The notes: generated by a model from the sequence alone, not told the origin. Positions 1 to 11,717 are shown, counted from the first letter of the stretch. The stretch: DNA of 64,000 nt from Cyanobacteria bacterium J06626_4 (GCA_038523235.1 JBCBJQ010000006.1:11387-75386), one strand, 5' to 3'. Made by a program: numbers and translations.

Positions 1-3
1 AAC

Positions 4-726
4 TTATTCAGCGGTGGCGAGCTCAGTGCTGCCGCGACGACGACGGTTCGCTAGCGTGTTAAATAGCATCTGACCGATCGCCTTCACCAAGTTGCCCTCA
101 AGCTCTTGGAACATTTCCATATTGAGGCCAAAGGCATCATTGGCTTCTTCCACAATTTGGTCAGCCATCGCTTCACTGACGTCGATTTCATCGAGCGACT
201 GGCGATAGGTGGCCTTAAACGCCTTCTCGTCGTCAATGGCGTCAAATTCATAAAACGCGGTGCCTTCCCCCTCTGACAGGTTCATGGCGCGCTGAGCAAT
301 GCCCTTAAGAATCTGCCCACCAGACAAATCGCCTAAGTAGCGCGTGTAGGAATGCCCCACCAGCAGCTCCGGCTGGTTATTGGCCACTTCGCGAATGCGA
401 TCGACGTACTTCTGCCCTGATGTCGACGGGCTGATTTGCTCTTGCCAGTTGGCCCCGTAGTAATAATGCAAGTCTTGCTCTAAGGTTTGCTTGCGATGCA
501 GCTCGGGGAAATAGACCTTCGAGACGACGGGGTGGTCTTTATGGCGCTCTAATTCTTCTTCCATTGCGGTGTAAGCAAAGTAGAAGTTAGCGACGAGCTT
601 ACGATAGGAATTCTTTTCTACGACACCACGTAGAAAGCATCGGACGAAGCCGACGTTTTCAGCCATCGTGTGGGCTTTCTTAGTACCTTCTCGAAGCTGA
701 CTTGCTAAATTACTGCTCATGCTCAA
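4..726 (-). CDS. ho1: heme oxygenase (biliverdin-producing)
   Basis: Complete 240-aa ORF. Full-length resemblance to cyanobacterial HO-1 (LREGTKKAHT..AENVGFV near the N-terminus, HSYTRYLGDLSGGQIL distal-helix motif). Confidence 0.95.
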   Translation of the reverse strand: MSMSSNLASQLREGTKKAHTMAENVGFVRCFLRGVVEKNSYRKLVANFYFAYTAMEEELERHKDHPVVSKVYFPELHRKQTLEQDLHYYYGANWQEQISPSTSGQKYVDRIREVANNQPELLVGHSYTRYLGDLSGGQILKGIAQRAMNLSEGEGTAFYEFDAIDDEKAFKATYRQSLDEIDVSEAMADQIVEEANDAFGLNMEMFQELEGNLVKAIGQMLFNTLANRRRRGSTELATAE

Positions 727-997
727 GATTCCAATGTGTATTTAAGCCGATATGGCGGCGGCGTCCTTAAATAAAGATTTAAAGCCATAACCGTTACAGT
801 AAGGGGGATTGATGAGGGTTTTCATTACATTTTTTTACGCCCAGATACATATAGTTACCTAATCTCGTGCCTGCGAGGCGGCGACGGTCACGCTCAAGGC
901 TAAGACGGTAGCCCAACAGACTATTCGGCAGCCGCCAAATAAATCTGCTTGACGTTTGTTCACATAAGGCCAGGCCAAACTCAGCTACAGGCGATCG

Positions 998-1687
998 CTA
1001 CAGGGGCCACGGCTCAACGGGCAGCTCACTGCGACTGCGATCGCGATCAATCGCCGACAAAACTTGGTTGGCCGCCCGCTCTGACCGCAAACATTGAATC
1101 ACCAGATCGGCCACATCCAGACGGCTGATGCTGCCCGCCGCGCGAACATCCGCCGTCAGGAGTCCATGACCACTCGCGGGCTCGTTGAGCAAACCACCCG
1201 GACGCACAATCGTAAACGGCAACCCGCTGGCGAGCAGATGTTCTTCCGCTTTGGCCTTGGCCAGCAGGGCCGGACGGAGCGTATCGAGCACTTGGGCGGG
1301 CAGGGCGATCGCGCTCTCCCGCACGCCAATGGAAGACACCAATAAGAATCGCTCACATCGCAGTGGCTTGGCCGCATCAATCAAATGGCGATTGCCCAAA
1401 TAATCGGAGCGCGGTTCATCGCGGGTCATGCCTTTGCCACCAATCGTCGTCACCACAGCAAAGGGGGCATCGCCAAAGCCCTGCAAGGCTGTCGTCATTT
1501 GCGCAGCATCCAGGGCATCGCCCAACTGCACTTGGGCTCCCAGCGCTTCGAGGTGCGATCGGGTATCATCCGTCCTAATCAGCGCTGTGACGGTGTAGCC
1601 GTGAGCTCGGAGTCCTTTCACAACCTCAAAACCGACGCCGCGACTGGCTCCGGCCACAAAACAATTCGGCAGCGTAGATTGTGTCAT
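998..1687 (-). CDS. NAD(P)H-binding atypical short-chain dehydrogenase (NmrA-like)
   Basis: ORF trimmed to the ATG at 1687. N-terminal Rossmann motif FVAGASRGVGFEV. The longer 280-aa ORF only adds unlikely sequence upstream. Confidence 0.8.
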   Translation of the reverse strand: MTQSTLPNCFVAGASRGVGFEVVKGLRAHGYTVTALIRTDDTRSHLEALGAQVQLGDALDAAQMTTALQGFGDAPFAVVTTIGGKGMTRDEPRSDYLGNRHLIDAAKPLRCERFLLVSSIGVRESAIALPAQVLDTLRPALLAKAKAEEHLLASGLPFTIVRPGGLLNEPASGHGLLTADVRAAGSISRLDVADLVIQCLRSERAANQVLSAIDRDRSRSELPVEPWPL

Positions 1688-1986
1688 AACGGTCTCAGTA
1701 GTACCTGATAAATAATGCCTTTGGCAGAATGACTGCTTGGTTAGAACTGACGCATAGCCCCCTTGCATCCTCCAATTCTGGGGGAAATTGCATCCGGTTG
1801 CCCCAGAATTGGGGGCTCGGGGGCCAAAACCGGATGCCACTGAGTAAGTCCGGTTGGTTTAAGCTTAGCGGGGACTGATCGCTCGGGGCTACACCGTTTA
1901 GCGGGTTGGTAGCGTTGCCAGTGCCTCGCTACCACCTTCACTTCCTGTTCACGCTTGATGTCCTTTTGTGATGACGCCTCCTTGCG

Positions 1987-2577
1987 ATGACGCTGATTAT
2001 TTGCCCTGGCATGCATTCTGTAGCCTTGAGCGATCGCTTTATCGCTGCCCTCCAGCGTCAGTTACAGGCAAATTCTCCACGCCCCAAACCGCCACGCCCT
2101 CAGCCGGTAGGCCTGTTGCCGACACAGCGCTACGCTCCCTTCAGCGGCTTTTCTGTCTGGTCATATCTGCAGACAGTAGCGGCTCCCCCCGTGCCCTTGG
2201 TGCTCATCGGCTTTAGCGCGGGTGTGGCCGGAGCGCTTGCTGCCGCGCAGCTGTGGCAAGCGCAGGGGCGGACGGTAGCGGCGCTGATTGCGATCGATGG
2301 CTGGGGCGTGCCGCAGCTGGGTGATTTTCCATTGCATCGCATTAGTCACGACCACTTCACCCATTGGAGTTCAGCGCTCTTAGGGGCGGGCCATGACAGC
2401 TTCTACGCTGACCCACCCGTAGCGCATTTAGACCTGTGGCAAGCCCCCGATCGCACATCGGGATGGTGGCTGTCGGATCCGGCAGTGCCCTCATCGCCCG
2501 GGCGCACCACCGCGATCGCCTGCATTGCCCAACTGCTGCGGCAATATGGCTGCGGCACTCAGCTAGAGCGCCTTTAG
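1987..2577 (+). CDS. alpha/beta-hydrolase-fold protein, function unknown
   Basis: 196-aa ORF with a GFSAG nucleophile elbow (G-x-S-x-G). Stop overlaps the stop of the convergent lipase gene. Confidence 0.6.
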   Translation: MTLIICPGMHSVALSDRFIAALQRQLQANSPRPKPPRPQPVGLLPTQRYAPFSGFSVWSYLQTVAAPPVPLVLIGFSAGVAGALAAAQLWQAQGRTVAALIAIDGWGVPQLGDFPLHRISHDHFTHWSSALLGAGHDSFYADPPVAHLDLWQAPDRTSGWWLSDPAVPSSPGRTTAIACIAQLLRQYGCGTQLERL

Positions 2578-3566
2578 GATCGGACGGCGGTGCTCTGAGG
2601 GGGCGTAGTAGTCAGATGGGTCTGCGGCGTCAGCAACTCGCGCTCGATCGCCTGAATGTAACCGGCGATTGCATGGGCCAGGGTGGTTTTGGGTTTACGC
2701 AGCCGCAAGGTGAGAAAAAACAAAATGGCATCTAAGTGCAGCAACAAAATAACGACCAGATCGTTGCGCATCTGCCGTTTACCGGACACTCGACCGCGCA
2801 CCGGGTCGAAATAGACCAACTGCTCAATATGGGTGTAATTAAACAACGGCGGCACTCGCGGCACAATGTCGTCGCCGTGGACGCAGCGGTAGGAGCGATC
2901 GCGCAAAACCGTCGTAATTTTTTGACTGAGGGGATGATTGACCACGCGAGGGCTACCAAAGGTGTAGAGATAAATGTCGGGGTGATAGGTCGCGGCATGG
3001 TAGGCCATCAGGGTCGCGATCGCACCGCCTAAGCTGTGCCCCGCCACAAATAACGGCATTTCTTGACCGCAGATTTTATCGTGAATAACGTCGCTGACGC
3101 CCCGTGGCCCCACCCATTCACTCTCATCCATTTGATTTTGAATCGCATGGGGCAGGGCCGAACCCCAAATCGACTGAAACGCCTGCAAAAATCCGGCATG
3201 GGCAAATAATGGCCCTTCGCCATAGGTCTTATCGGCTAAATCGGGCAGCTTGTTCCGAAAAATGATGATATCCGTGAGGATGTCGATGTAGTTTTTTTCT
3301 GTGCCGCGAAACGCCAGCGCCGCAAATCGCTGCCCGTTGCCTGGATGCAGGGCCAAAAAGCCTTGCGTGCCACGCATATCAAAGTAGTAAAGGCGATCGA
3401 ACCCAGCCCGTTGCAAGTTCGTCGCGATGTTGAGCTTCGAATCGTAGGCCAACCACGAACATTGGGCCAGCCACCAAGCAGTATGCGGCTCATAATTCCC
3501 GCTTTTAGTGGGCAGCGCGATGTTTTCGCAATTAGCAAAATAGGGGGGAGAAGACGGAGTATTCAT
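2574..3566 (-). CDS. class 3 lipase family protein
   Basis: 330-aa ORF. FVAGHSLGGAIATL nucleophile elbow typical of Lipase_3. Hydrophobic C-terminal segment. Confidence 0.85.
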   Translation of the reverse strand: MNTPSSPPYFANCENIALPTKSGNYEPHTAWWLAQCSWLAYDSKLNIATNLQRAGFDRLYYFDMRGTQGFLALHPGNGQRFAALAFRGTEKNYIDILTDIIIFRNKLPDLADKTYGEGPLFAHAGFLQAFQSIWGSALPHAIQNQMDESEWVGPRGVSDVIHDKICGQEMPLFVAGHSLGGAIATLMAYHAATYHPDIYLYTFGSPRVVNHPLSQKITTVLRDRSYRCVHGDDIVPRVPPLFNYTHIEQLVYFDPVRGRVSGKRQMRNDLVVILLLHLDAILFFLTLRLRKPKTTLAHAIAGYIQAIERELLTPQTHLTTTPPQSTAVRS

Positions 3567-3682
3567 ACGGCAAGAACTGAGGTAGATGCGACCAAAACCA
3601 ATAGCTCCAGCATAGGCGCGGGGGCCTCTCGTAATGGCAAAGTGTTGTAATCAGAAAAATAGATCTTGAGAGGTTTGGGCCG

Positions 3683-4759
3683 GTGGCAAGGGTTCCTTCA
3701 TGGCTTCGCAACCAGCGGCGATCGCGGATATTCTTGGGGGTTTTCAGCTGCCTGATTATCCTCGTGCTGCCATTTTCTTCGGTCGCGATCGCCAATATGG
3801 CTTCCCCTTCACGGGCCGGTGATTTGCTCAGCGAACCCTGGGCCGATGTCAGCACCCTCGACATTCTCCACGAAGATTTGGTCTTCGATTTGCGCCCCCT
3901 CGCGGCACAAGAGCCCGCCCAAATCGCCGCGACCTATCAAATCAATAATCCTGGTGCGGCCACGGCGATCGAGCTGCTATTTGTCGCCCCAGGATTAGCC
4001 ACTGGGCAAGTGCTGTTGAACGATCAGCAAGAAATCGCCGCCACCCGCATCGAAGCCCCTGAAATTCCCACAGAGTGGAACATTGATGGCCCGCAGCCCG
4101 TGAGTGGCTTACAGTTTCAGGTGCCCTTGAGCCCTGGCGAACAGGCGATCACCGTGCAGTACACCGGCCAGCCTGACAGCGACGATCGCGATATTTACCG
4201 GGTTTATGACCTGACCTATTGGCTATCGCCCGCCCGCCAGTGGCGCTCCTTCGGCACGCTCACCGTTGATGTGTTCGCCCCTGCCGGTTGGCAGGCTGAG
4301 TTTGCGCCCGACCTGCCATTGCTCAATCAGCAGCATTGGCAAGCCACCTTCACCGGGCTACCCGCCGATCAGCTCACGTTAACCACCTATCTAACCCCAT
4401 CTCGATGGCTGAGCCTGCTGCGGTTAGCGTTACTGGGGGCTGGTTTAGCGGCGGCGGCAGTCATCACCTGGCGAGCGTACTATCGGCTGGGGCGCTTCTC
4501 TCAACACGCCCAGTGGTCAGGGGGCTTGCTGGTGCTGGCCTGTTTATTCTGTATCCCCCTCAGCATTCCGCTGGTGTGGGGCATTTCAGCGTTAGGAGCC
4601 GGGGCCGCTGAACAATTATTAGACCAGCAGCAGTTAGCTGTGGGCTACAGCTATAGTCGAGCCATCTTGTGGGTGATCGTGGGGTTGATGGAAGCGCTCA
4701 TTGCGCCCGTAATCGCCAGTGTGCGATTTGGGGCTGGACGCCGGGCGGCTCAAAACTGA
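3683..4759 (+). CDS. hypothetical membrane protein (N-terminal signal/anchor, C-terminal TM bundle)
   Basis: 358-aa ORF with a GTG start. Hydrophobic N-terminus (IFLGVFSCLIILVLPFSSVAIA) and 3-4 hydrophobic helices in the last ~110 aa. Start codon uncertain. Confidence 0.6.
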   Translation: MARVPSWLRNQRRSRIFLGVFSCLIILVLPFSSVAIANMASPSRAGDLLSEPWADVSTLDILHEDLVFDLRPLAAQEPAQIAATYQINNPGAATAIELLFVAPGLATGQVLLNDQQEIAATRIEAPEIPTEWNIDGPQPVSGLQFQVPLSPGEQAITVQYTGQPDSDDRDIYRVYDLTYWLSPARQWRSFGTLTVDVFAPAGWQAEFAPDLPLLNQQHWQATFTGLPADQLTLTTYLTPSRWLSLLRLALLGAGLAAAAVITWRAYYRLGRFSQHAQWSGGLLVLACLFCIPLSIPLVWGISALGAGAAEQLLDQQQLAVGYSYSRAILWVIVGLMEALIAPVIASVRFGAGRRAAQN

Positions 4760-5037
4760 TTTCCAGGGATGAGCGCCCACGCTTGCTCAAACCGATGCCC
4801 ACGCTAGTCATTTGCAGGCAAATTAGGGCATTCGAGTTTGGGTAGCGATCGCCCGCCCCATTCCGAACAAATTTGTTGGCGAAAAAGAAATTCAGCGATC
4901 GGCCATCATCTCGCCAGCCGTGATCTAAAACACAAAAGCGGCAGAAAGTCTTGATCCCCCCTTGCCAATGGGGACTCACCATCACACACTGAAAGGTGTA
5001 AATCCAAGGGTAGTCACTGGCAGTTGCGAGGTTCCTG

Positions 5038-6327
5038 GTGAAAAGAGTTTTATCTATCATCCTTGGTGGAGGGGCCGGTACCCGCCTTTACCCACTCACC
5101 AAGTTTCGAGCAAAGCCAGCAGTGTCTCTAGCGGGTAAATATCGTTTGATTGATATTCCCGTTAGTAACTGCATTAATTCCGAAATTCATAAAATCTACG
5201 TTCTGACGCAATTCAATTCGGCGTCTTTGAATCGTCACATTTCGCGAACCTATCAATTCTCTCAATTTAGTGAGGGGTTTGTTGAGGTATTGGCCGCGCA
5301 GCAGACCCCCGATAGCCCCAGCTGGTTTCAGGGCACCGCTGACGCTGTGCGCAAGTATCTGTGGATGCTCAAAGATTGGGATGTCGATGAATTTCTCATT
5401 CTGTCAGGTGACCATCTTTATCGGATGGATTACTCGCTGTTTATCGAGCGTCATCGCAGCACCAACGCGGACATGACCCTGTCAGTGGTGCCCGTCACCG
5501 AAAAGTTGGCCTCCAGCTTTGGCTTGATGAAAATCGATGCCGCTGGCCGCGTAGTCGATTTTTCAGAAAAACCTAAAGGCGATGCTCTGAAGCAAATGCA
5601 GGTAGATACATCGACCCTCGGGTTAACGCCAGAGCAGGCCAAAGAGAACCCCTACATTGCTTCAATGGGTATTTACGTCTTTAAGAAAGACGTCCTGATC
5701 GATTTGCTGCGCAACAATCCTGAGCAAACGGACTTTGGCAAAGAGATCATTCCTCACTCGGCCAAAGACTACAACGTTCAGGCGTATCTGTTTGACGGCT
5801 ACTGGGAAGATATTGGAACGATTGAGGCCTTTTATCACGCGAATCTGGCGTTGACGATACAGCCCCAGCCACCGTTCAGCTTTTACCAAGAAAATGCGCC
5901 GATCTATACGCGATCGCGCTATTTGCCGCCCAGCAAACTGCTCGACTGTCACGTTACCGAATCGATCATTGGCGACGGCAGTATCTTAAAAGACTGCCGG
6001 GTCAGTCACTCTGTCATTGGCTTACGACAGCGGATACAGGGCAACTGCGTCATCGAAGATGCCTTGCTGATGGGGGCTGATTTTTATGAGCCGCTGTCAG
6101 AGAGCAGCAAGCACCTGACTCGGGGCAAAATACCCATTGGCATTGGTGAGGGCTCGGTTATCCGCAAGGCCATCATCGACAAAAATGCTCGCATTGGTCG
6201 CAATGTCCAAATTGTGAATAAGGAAAACGTCGAGGAGTCCGAACGCGAAGATCTCGGTTTCTACATTCGCAGTGGCATCGTGGTCATTCTCAAAAACGCG
6301 GTGATTCCTGACGGCATGGTGATTTAA
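5038..6327 (+). CDS. glgC: glucose-1-phosphate adenylyltransferase
   Basis: 429-aa ORF. N-terminal [14 protein letters not shown] nucleotidyl-transferase motif and full-length GlgC resemblance. GTG start. Confidence 0.97.
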   Translation: MKRVLSIILGGGAGTRLYPLTKFRAKPAVSLAGKYRLIDIPVSNCINSEIHKIYVLTQFNSASLNRHISRTYQFSQFSEGFVEVLAAQQTPDSPSWFQGTADAVRKYLWMLKDWDVDEFLILSGDHLYRMDYSLFIERHRSTNADMTLSVVPVTEKLASSFGLMKIDAAGRVVDFSEKPKGDALKQMQVDTSTLGLTPEQAKENPYIASMGIYVFKKDVLIDLLRNNPEQTDFGKEIIPHSAKDYNVQAYLFDGYWEDIGTIEAFYHANLALTIQPQPPFSFYQENAPIYTRSRYLPPSKLLDCHVTESIIGDGSILKDCRVSHSVIGLRQRIQGNCVIEDALLMGADFYEPLSESSKHLTRGKIPIGIGEGSVIRKAIIDKNARIGRNVQIVNKENVEESEREDLGFYIRSGIVVILKNAVIPDGMVI

Positions 6328-6373
6328 GCCACTGGGTCTTGCAACCAGCCTGAAATCAGCCTGAATAACGTGA

Positions 6374-6426
6374 TAGCGGCTATGCATTTTCTCTCTTGAG
6401 AAAGCGCGTAGCCGCTAATTTTTTGT
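6374..6426 (+). terminator. rho-independent terminator candidate downstream of glgC
   Basis: Inverted repeat TAGCGGCTATGC (6374-6385) / GCGTAGCCGCTA (6406-6417), followed by ATTTTTTGT. Confidence 0.6.
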
Positions 6427-6623
6427 GGGCACAGCAGAATGCGGAATGTACAGCAACGTTAATTAGGGTTAAGCAACTGAGCAGTATTTTCCCCTCCATC
6501 AGAGGGGTGTCCGTAGGACGGGGTGGGTTTTCTGATGTGTTTGCCCCCTAGACCCTCCCGAGAGGGGAATTGCCCTGGTCATCAACGAGCCTGATGTAAT
6601 CAGAAGCTTATCCCGAACTCAGG

Positions 6624-7976
6624 TTAGGCCAGCATCGTTTGGCAAAGGCGGCGGAAATGATCGCCGCGCACTTCGAAGTTGGGATATTGATCAAAGCTGG
6701 CGCAGGCCGGTGATAGCAATACCGTTTGAGCGCCGAGTTGGGGGGCGAGTTCGGCGCTGCGGCGCACGGCCTGCTCCATCGTTTCGACAATTTCATAGGA
6801 GTCATAGCCAATCGCGCTCAGTCGTTGAGCAAAGGTCTCAGCAGCATTACCAATCAGCAAAACACTCACGGCCTTAGCTTGAATCTCGCTGAGCCAGGCG
6901 GCATCATCCCCCGCTTTGGCCTCGCCCCCGGCAATCAAAATGGCCGGAGCGGGCACGGCCTGTAGCCCTACCACGGCCGCATCGTAGTTGGTCGCCTTGC
7001 TGTCATTGATATAGGCGACGCCCTGCCAGGTGCCCACCGCTTCCAAACGGTGAGGCACGCCAGGGAAGGTTTTTACCCCTTGAGCGATCGCGCTAGGCAC
7101 CAATCCGGCCAAGTGAGCGGCAGCAACAGCCATGAGTAGATTCTGTTGATTGTGCTCGCCGACCATGTTGAGCGCAGCCACAGCCACGATAGACGTGCCA
7201 GCCACTTTGACCCAGCCCGCTTCGATATAGGCCAGGGGCACCAGGGGCGCGATCGCCTCAGGGCCTTGCGTACTCGTCCAATAGGCATCGGGAAACTGCG
7301 CTGCCGCCTGGGTGCGCAGGGTCGGATCATCGCCGTTGAGCACTGCCCGCTTCGATTGGTGCAGCAGCTTGGCTTTGATCTGAAAATAGTTGTCGAGGGT
7401 TTTGTGGCGGGCCAAATGATCGGGCGTAAAGGTTGTCCACAGACCGATGTCAGGTGACAGGGTGGATGCCGCTTCAATTTGGTAGCTGCTGAGTTCAGCA
7501 ATCACCCAATCGGGATGGGTGGGCGCGAGGGCCAATTCACCAATTGCCTCGCCAATGTTGCCGCAGGCGGGGGCGCTCAGTCCGGCAGCTTGAAAGATCG
7601 CGGCGGTCAGGGCCGTAACAGTCGTCTTGCCGTTGGTACCGGTGATGCCCACCCAGGGGCGATCGCGCAGATGACGCCAGGCCAGTTCTGCCTCCCCAAT
7701 TACCTCAATCCCCTGCGCCCGCGCCGCCACCAGAGGGGGAATGTCCCACGGTACACCAGGGCTAACGACGACCAAATCAGCAGGATCGGCATTGATAGCA
7801 AAGCTGTGGTCGAGGCAAACCGTGATCCCGGCTGCTGTTAGCGGTGGAATGGCAGCCTGCATTAGAGGCTGGGAATTGCGATCGCTGAGCACAACGGCCC
7901 AATCGGCCTGCTGCAATAGCTTGGCCGCGGCAATGCCAGAGCGACCTAACCCAATCACATGAGCGCGTTTTTCCAT
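6624..7976 (-). CDS. murD: UDP-N-acetylmuramoylalanine--D-glutamate ligase
   Basis: 450-aa [12 protein letters not shown]-terminal Rossmann motif, [10 protein letters not shown] Mur-ligase P-loop, C-terminal MurD-like domain. Confidence 0.95.
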   Translation of the reverse strand: MEKRAHVIGLGRSGIAAAKLLQQADWAVVLSDRNSQPLMQAAIPPLTAAGITVCLDHSFAINADPADLVVVSPGVPWDIPPLVAARAQGIEVIGEAELAWRHLRDRPWVGITGTNGKTTVTALTAAIFQAAGLSAPACGNIGEAIGELALAPTHPDWVIAELSSYQIEAASTLSPDIGLWTTFTPDHLARHKTLDNYFQIKAKLLHQSKRAVLNGDDPTLRTQAAAQFPDAYWTSTQGPEAIAPLVPLAYIEAGWVKVAGTSIVAVAALNMVGEHNQQNLLMAVAAAHLAGLVPSAIAQGVKTFPGVPHRLEAVGTWQGVAYINDSKATNYDAAVVGLQAVPAPAILIAGGEAKAGDDAAWLSEIQAKAVSVLLIGNAAETFAQRLSAIGYDSYEIVETMEQAVRRSAELAPQLGAQTVLLSPACASFDQYPNFEVRGDHFRRLCQTMLA

Positions 7977-8003
7977 AATTTCGGATAGTTGGGGTAGCCC
8001 TGA

Positions 8004-10160
8004 TTAGCCTTTGACGATCGCGCCAAACTCTGCCAGCACCCGCGCATGGTTGCGCAGCAGGCCCAGCAGATTTAATCGATTTTGCTGGATGGCGGCATCT
8101 TTGTCCATCACGAGGACGCTGTCGGGGCCGTCAAAAAAGCGGCTAACAATCGGGGCGGCGGCTTCGAGCCCTGACACCAGCTGACGATAGTCGCGATCGC
8201 GCTGGGCGGCCACGGTTTGCGGCAGCAGCGCCTGCAGAGCTGCCAAAAAGGCTCGTTCCGACGCTTGCTGAAACCGATTTGGGTCAACCACAGTGGTCGG
8301 ATCTAGACTGCTGGCATCTAAGTCGCCCTGGGCCGCCAGTCGGGCCGCGCGGTTGACTGTTTCATAGATGCGGGCAAGGGTGCCATCTTGCCGCAGACTC
8401 TGCAAAAAGACCGCGCGATCGCGCGTATCCAGCAGGTCACTCAGCGCCCGCTGGGTATAGGCGGGGTCGTCGTCACCCACCACGGCATTCACCAAGTCAT
8501 AGTCGATAGTTAACTCGTCCTGCAACAGCGTTTGCACCCGCTGCTTAAAGAAGTCCTGCAGCTGCGATCGCAGCGGCTCTGCTTGCTCAACCGTCAAATC
8601 CGGATTTTGCACAAAGGCCGTCACCACCTGATCGAGCAGCTCGTGCAGATTGATCGCTAAATCCGCGTCCCAGGTGACGGCGATGATGGCATTCGCCGCC
8701 CGGCGCAGCGCAAAGGGATCGGACGACCCCGACGGCAGCATGCCCAGGCTAAAAATGCCCACCAGGGTATCTAGCCGGTCGGCCATGCCCAAGAGCTGAC
8801 CTACCAGGGTTTGCGGCAGGCTGTCGCTAGCACCGCGCGGTCGATAATGTTCGGCAATCGCCACGGCAACAGCTTCGGGCTCACCACTGTGACGGGCATA
8901 CTTTTCGCCCATGATGCCCTGCAGTTCGGGAAATTCCCCCACCATTTGGGTGACGAGGTCAGCCTTGCAGAGCTGGGCGGCCCGCTGCAGCTCCTGTCGC
9001 ACGGTGGCGTCTAGCGCCAATTGAGTCGCGATCAACTCAGCGATCGCCCCAATGCGCTCGACCTTGGCTCCCATAGAACCTAACCGTTCTTCAAAGGTAA
9101 CGGCATCGAGCTTGGGCACAAAGGCCGCCAGCGGTTGGGCGCGATCGGCATCAAAAAAGAATTTGCCATCTGCCAGCCGAGCGCGAATGACGCGACCGTT
9201 ACCTTCGGCAATCAGCGCCGACTTTTGCGGGTCGCCATTCGATACGGTGACAAAGTAGGGCAACAGTTCGGAGCTGGCGGCCCTGGCCAACACCGGAAAA
9301 TACCGCTGATGGCTCTCCATTTCCATCATGGCGACTTCGGCGGGCAACTCTAAAAAAGCGGGCTCAAACTCACCCACTACTGCCGTCGGCCATTCCACTA
9401 AATTGGCCACTTCGCTCAGCAGGTCTTCGCTGACGTGGGCTTGGCCTTTGACCGACTGCGCCGCCTGCTCCACCGCTGACCGGATGTCGGCCTGCCGCTG
9501 TTGACCATCGACCTCGACAAAGGCCGATCGCAGCTGGGTGGCATAGTCTTGAGCGTGGTTGAGCGTAATGGGCGCCGGATGCAGGACGCGATGGCCCTGG
9601 GAAACGCGATCGCTGACGCACCGCTCGGAGCCGTTCTCTAGCGTTAGGGGAATCAGCTGATCATCCAGCAGCGTGACCAGCCAGCGAATCGGACGCGGGA
9701 ATTTGAGGTCGCCGTCGCCCCAGCGCATAAACCGCTTGCCCTCTAGTCCCAAAATCCACTGGGGAATCCATTCCTGCAGCAGGTCAGTCGCCGCTCGACC
9801 CGGAATCTGATGCTGTACGTAGACGAAGGCACCTTTGTCAGTTTCGCGAATTTCGAGATCTTCTACCGCAACATTTTTCGAGCGGGCAAACCCCTCGGCG
9901 GCTTTCGTCGGCTGACCGTCTTTGAAAGCCGCTTTCGCGGGGGGACCTTTGGCTTCTTCTTCGCGATCGGGCTGGCGGCTGGGCAAATCCGTCAGCAGCA
10001 GAGCCAATCGTCGGGGCGTGCCGTAGTAAGCGATCGCGCCCGGCGTCAAATGGGCTTCTGCCAGCTCGGTGGGAATGCGATCGCGCCACTGGGCGAGGGC
10101 TTCTTGCACAAAGCTGGCAGGGAGTTCCTCAGTGCCGACTTCTAATAAAAACGTTGCCAT
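8004..10160 (-). CDS. glyS: glycine--tRNA ligase beta subunit
   Basis: 718-aa ORF beginning [15 protein letters not shown], the characteristic GlyS N-terminus. Full-length resemblance. Confidence 0.97.
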   Translation of the reverse strand: MATFLLEVGTEELPASFVQEALAQWRDRIPTELAEAHLTPGAIAYYGTPRRLALLLTDLPSRQPDREEEAKGPPAKAAFKDGQPTKAAEGFARSKNVAVEDLEIRETDKGAFVYVQHQIPGRAATDLLQEWIPQWILGLEGKRFMRWGDGDLKFPRPIRWLVTLLDDQLIPLTLENGSERCVSDRVSQGHRVLHPAPITLNHAQDYATQLRSAFVEVDGQQRQADIRSAVEQAAQSVKGQAHVSEDLLSEVANLVEWPTAVVGEFEPAFLELPAEVAMMEMESHQRYFPVLARAASSELLPYFVTVSNGDPQKSALIAEGNGRVIRARLADGKFFFDADRAQPLAAFVPKLDAVTFEERLGSMGAKVERIGAIAELIATQLALDATVRQELQRAAQLCKADLVTQMVGEFPELQGIMGEKYARHSGEPEAVAVAIAEHYRPRGASDSLPQTLVGQLLGMADRLDTLVGIFSLGMLPSGSSDPFALRRAANAIIAVTWDADLAINLHELLDQVVTAFVQNPDLTVEQAEPLRSQLQDFFKQRVQTLLQDELTIDYDLVNAVVGDDDPAYTQRALSDLLDTRDRAVFLQSLRQDGTLARIYETVNRAARLAAQGDLDASSLDPTTVVDPNRFQQASERAFLAALQALLPQTVAAQRDRDYRQLVSGLEAAAPIVSRFFDGPDSVLVMDKDAAIQQNRLNLLGLLRNHARVLAEFGAIVKG

Positions 10161-10481
10161 AACCTCGATGTCGTCTTCCTACAGTGGGGTATCTCTGGTC
10201 ATTCAAGATGGGCGGGGGCGATCGCTCGCCCTCATTTAGCCTCTAAAGAGCGGAGTCAGCTGGCCCATAAGCACCGTTCAGCAGGGGGCAGCTTGACTGA
10301 GTTAGCCGCTCGTCGCCCGGTCTCAGACGCGCCGCGCCGATCGCTTTGCCAGCGGCGAAAAATCAGCCCCGGCAGAGAACTCACAGGCAATGCTCTCATC
10401 GCTCCTGAACCGGCTCAGACGATGTTCTCTGATGGGTCGCCAGACCTCAATCAGTGTATCGCGATGGCGGCGGGCTAACGC

Positions 10482-11717
10482 TTAAAGCCGGCCAACCAGA
10501 TAGTAAGTTTTCATCGGGCCTTTGCCTTTGACGGGGATCTCCGGGCCGGGCTGAAATTCAAAGCGATCGGACAGGCGGGCATAGGTCGTCTCGGTGACCT
10601 GAATCTTGCCGGGTTGGCCTTGCGATTCCATGCGGCTAGCCACGTTGACAGTGTCGCCCCACAGGTCATAGCTAAATTTTTTAATGCCAATCACGCCCGC
10701 GACGACACTGCCCGTATTAATGCCGATGCGGAGCCGCAGGGGGGTGCGATTATCAAGGCTAAACTCGCTGACCACCTCGTGCATCGCTAATGCCATATCG
10801 GCCACCGCCGCCGCATGACCCGGTCGGGCAACGGGCACGCCGCCCACCACCATGTAGGCATCGCCGATAGTTTTGATTTTTTCCAAGTGATAGTGCTCGG
10901 CCAAGCGGTCAAAGGCAGAAAAGATTTGATTGAGTAAGTTCACCAACTCTAAGGGACTGTACTGCGCCGCCAGCGGGGTGAAGTTAACAATGTCGGCAAA
11001 CAGCACCGTGGCATCGTCAAAGCGCTCTGCCAACGACCCTTGAAACTGTTTGAGCTGCTCAACCACTGCTTCCGGCAAGATGTTGAGCAACAGCTTTTCA
11101 GATTTTTGCTGCTCTTGACGCAGCGCCAGTTCCGCCTCTTGGCGTTCATCAATTTCCTGCTGCAGGCGGTCATTCTGCTCTTTGAGCCGCAGGGTTTGCT
11201 GGTGCAGCGCTCGTTGCAGGTTGGCCAACAGCGGTGACGGGCTGTGATTGGCGATCATTTTTTGGGTGCGCGTTTGCAGCCGCTGCTGGGTTTCGCGACG
11301 GGCGACCTGCAGCTTAATGCGAGCCACCACCTCGGCGGGCCAATAGGGTTTGGGAATATAGTCAGCACCGCCAACCGCAAAGGCTTGCAGGCGATCGCCC
11401 TGAGCCTGCCCCTGCCCCCAAAATAAAACAGGAATGGATTGGGTTTCGAGCCCTTGCTGTAGCTGTTGACAAAAGTCGAAACTGCTCGCCCCCAGCAAGG
11501 AGGCTTCAAGCAAAATCAGGTGCGGCAATCGCCAGGCCAGGCAGGCCCACGCCTCAGTCACCGACCCCACGGTATAAACCACCAGCCCTTCACGGGCCAA
11601 CGCTTGCAGTAGCGCGGCCTGCTGATAGCCAGTGGGATCAACCACTAATATGTAAAACCCCGTATCGACTGCGGGAGGAGTCATCGGGCTGGTAGAGTGC
11701 CAACGCGCCCGCCCCAT
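10482..11717 (-). CDS. atypical receiver domain - coiled coil - class III adenylate/guanylate cyclase
   Basis: REC-like N-domain (ILVVDP...LILLEASL...IPKPY), a Q/E-rich coiled coil, and a CHD catalytic domain (VLFADIVNFT, KTIGDAYMVV, WGDTVNVASRMES). I chose the first ATG (11717). The ORF opens at GTG 11756. Confidence 0.9.
   Translation of the reverse strand: MGRARWHSTSPMTPPAVDTGFYILVVDPTGYQQAALLQALAREGLVVYTVGSVTEAWACLAWRLPHLILLEASLLGASSFDFCQQLQQGLETQSIPVLFWGQGQAQGDRLQAFAVGGADYIPKPYWPAEVVARIKLQVARRETQQRLQTRTQKMIANHSPSPLLANLQRALHQQTLRLKEQNDRLQQEIDERQEAELALRQEQQKSEKLLLNILPEAVVEQLKQFQGSLAERFDDATVLFADIVNFTPLAAQYSPLELVNLLNQIFSAFDRLAEHYHLEKIKTIGDAYMVVGGVPVARPGHAAAVADMALAMHEVVSEFSLDNRTPLRLRIGINTGSVVAGVIGIKKFSYDLWGDTVNVASRMESQGQPGKIQVTETTYARLSDRFEFQPGPEIPVKGKGPMKTYYLVGRL

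Noticed and set aside
6481-6600. Two small CCCCTC...GAGGGG hairpins (about 6491-6507 and 6552-6567) between glgC and murD, possibly a dispersed repeat.
   Set aside because: The stems are only 5-6 bp and I saw no additional copies in this window. That is insufficient to call a repeat family or regulatory element.
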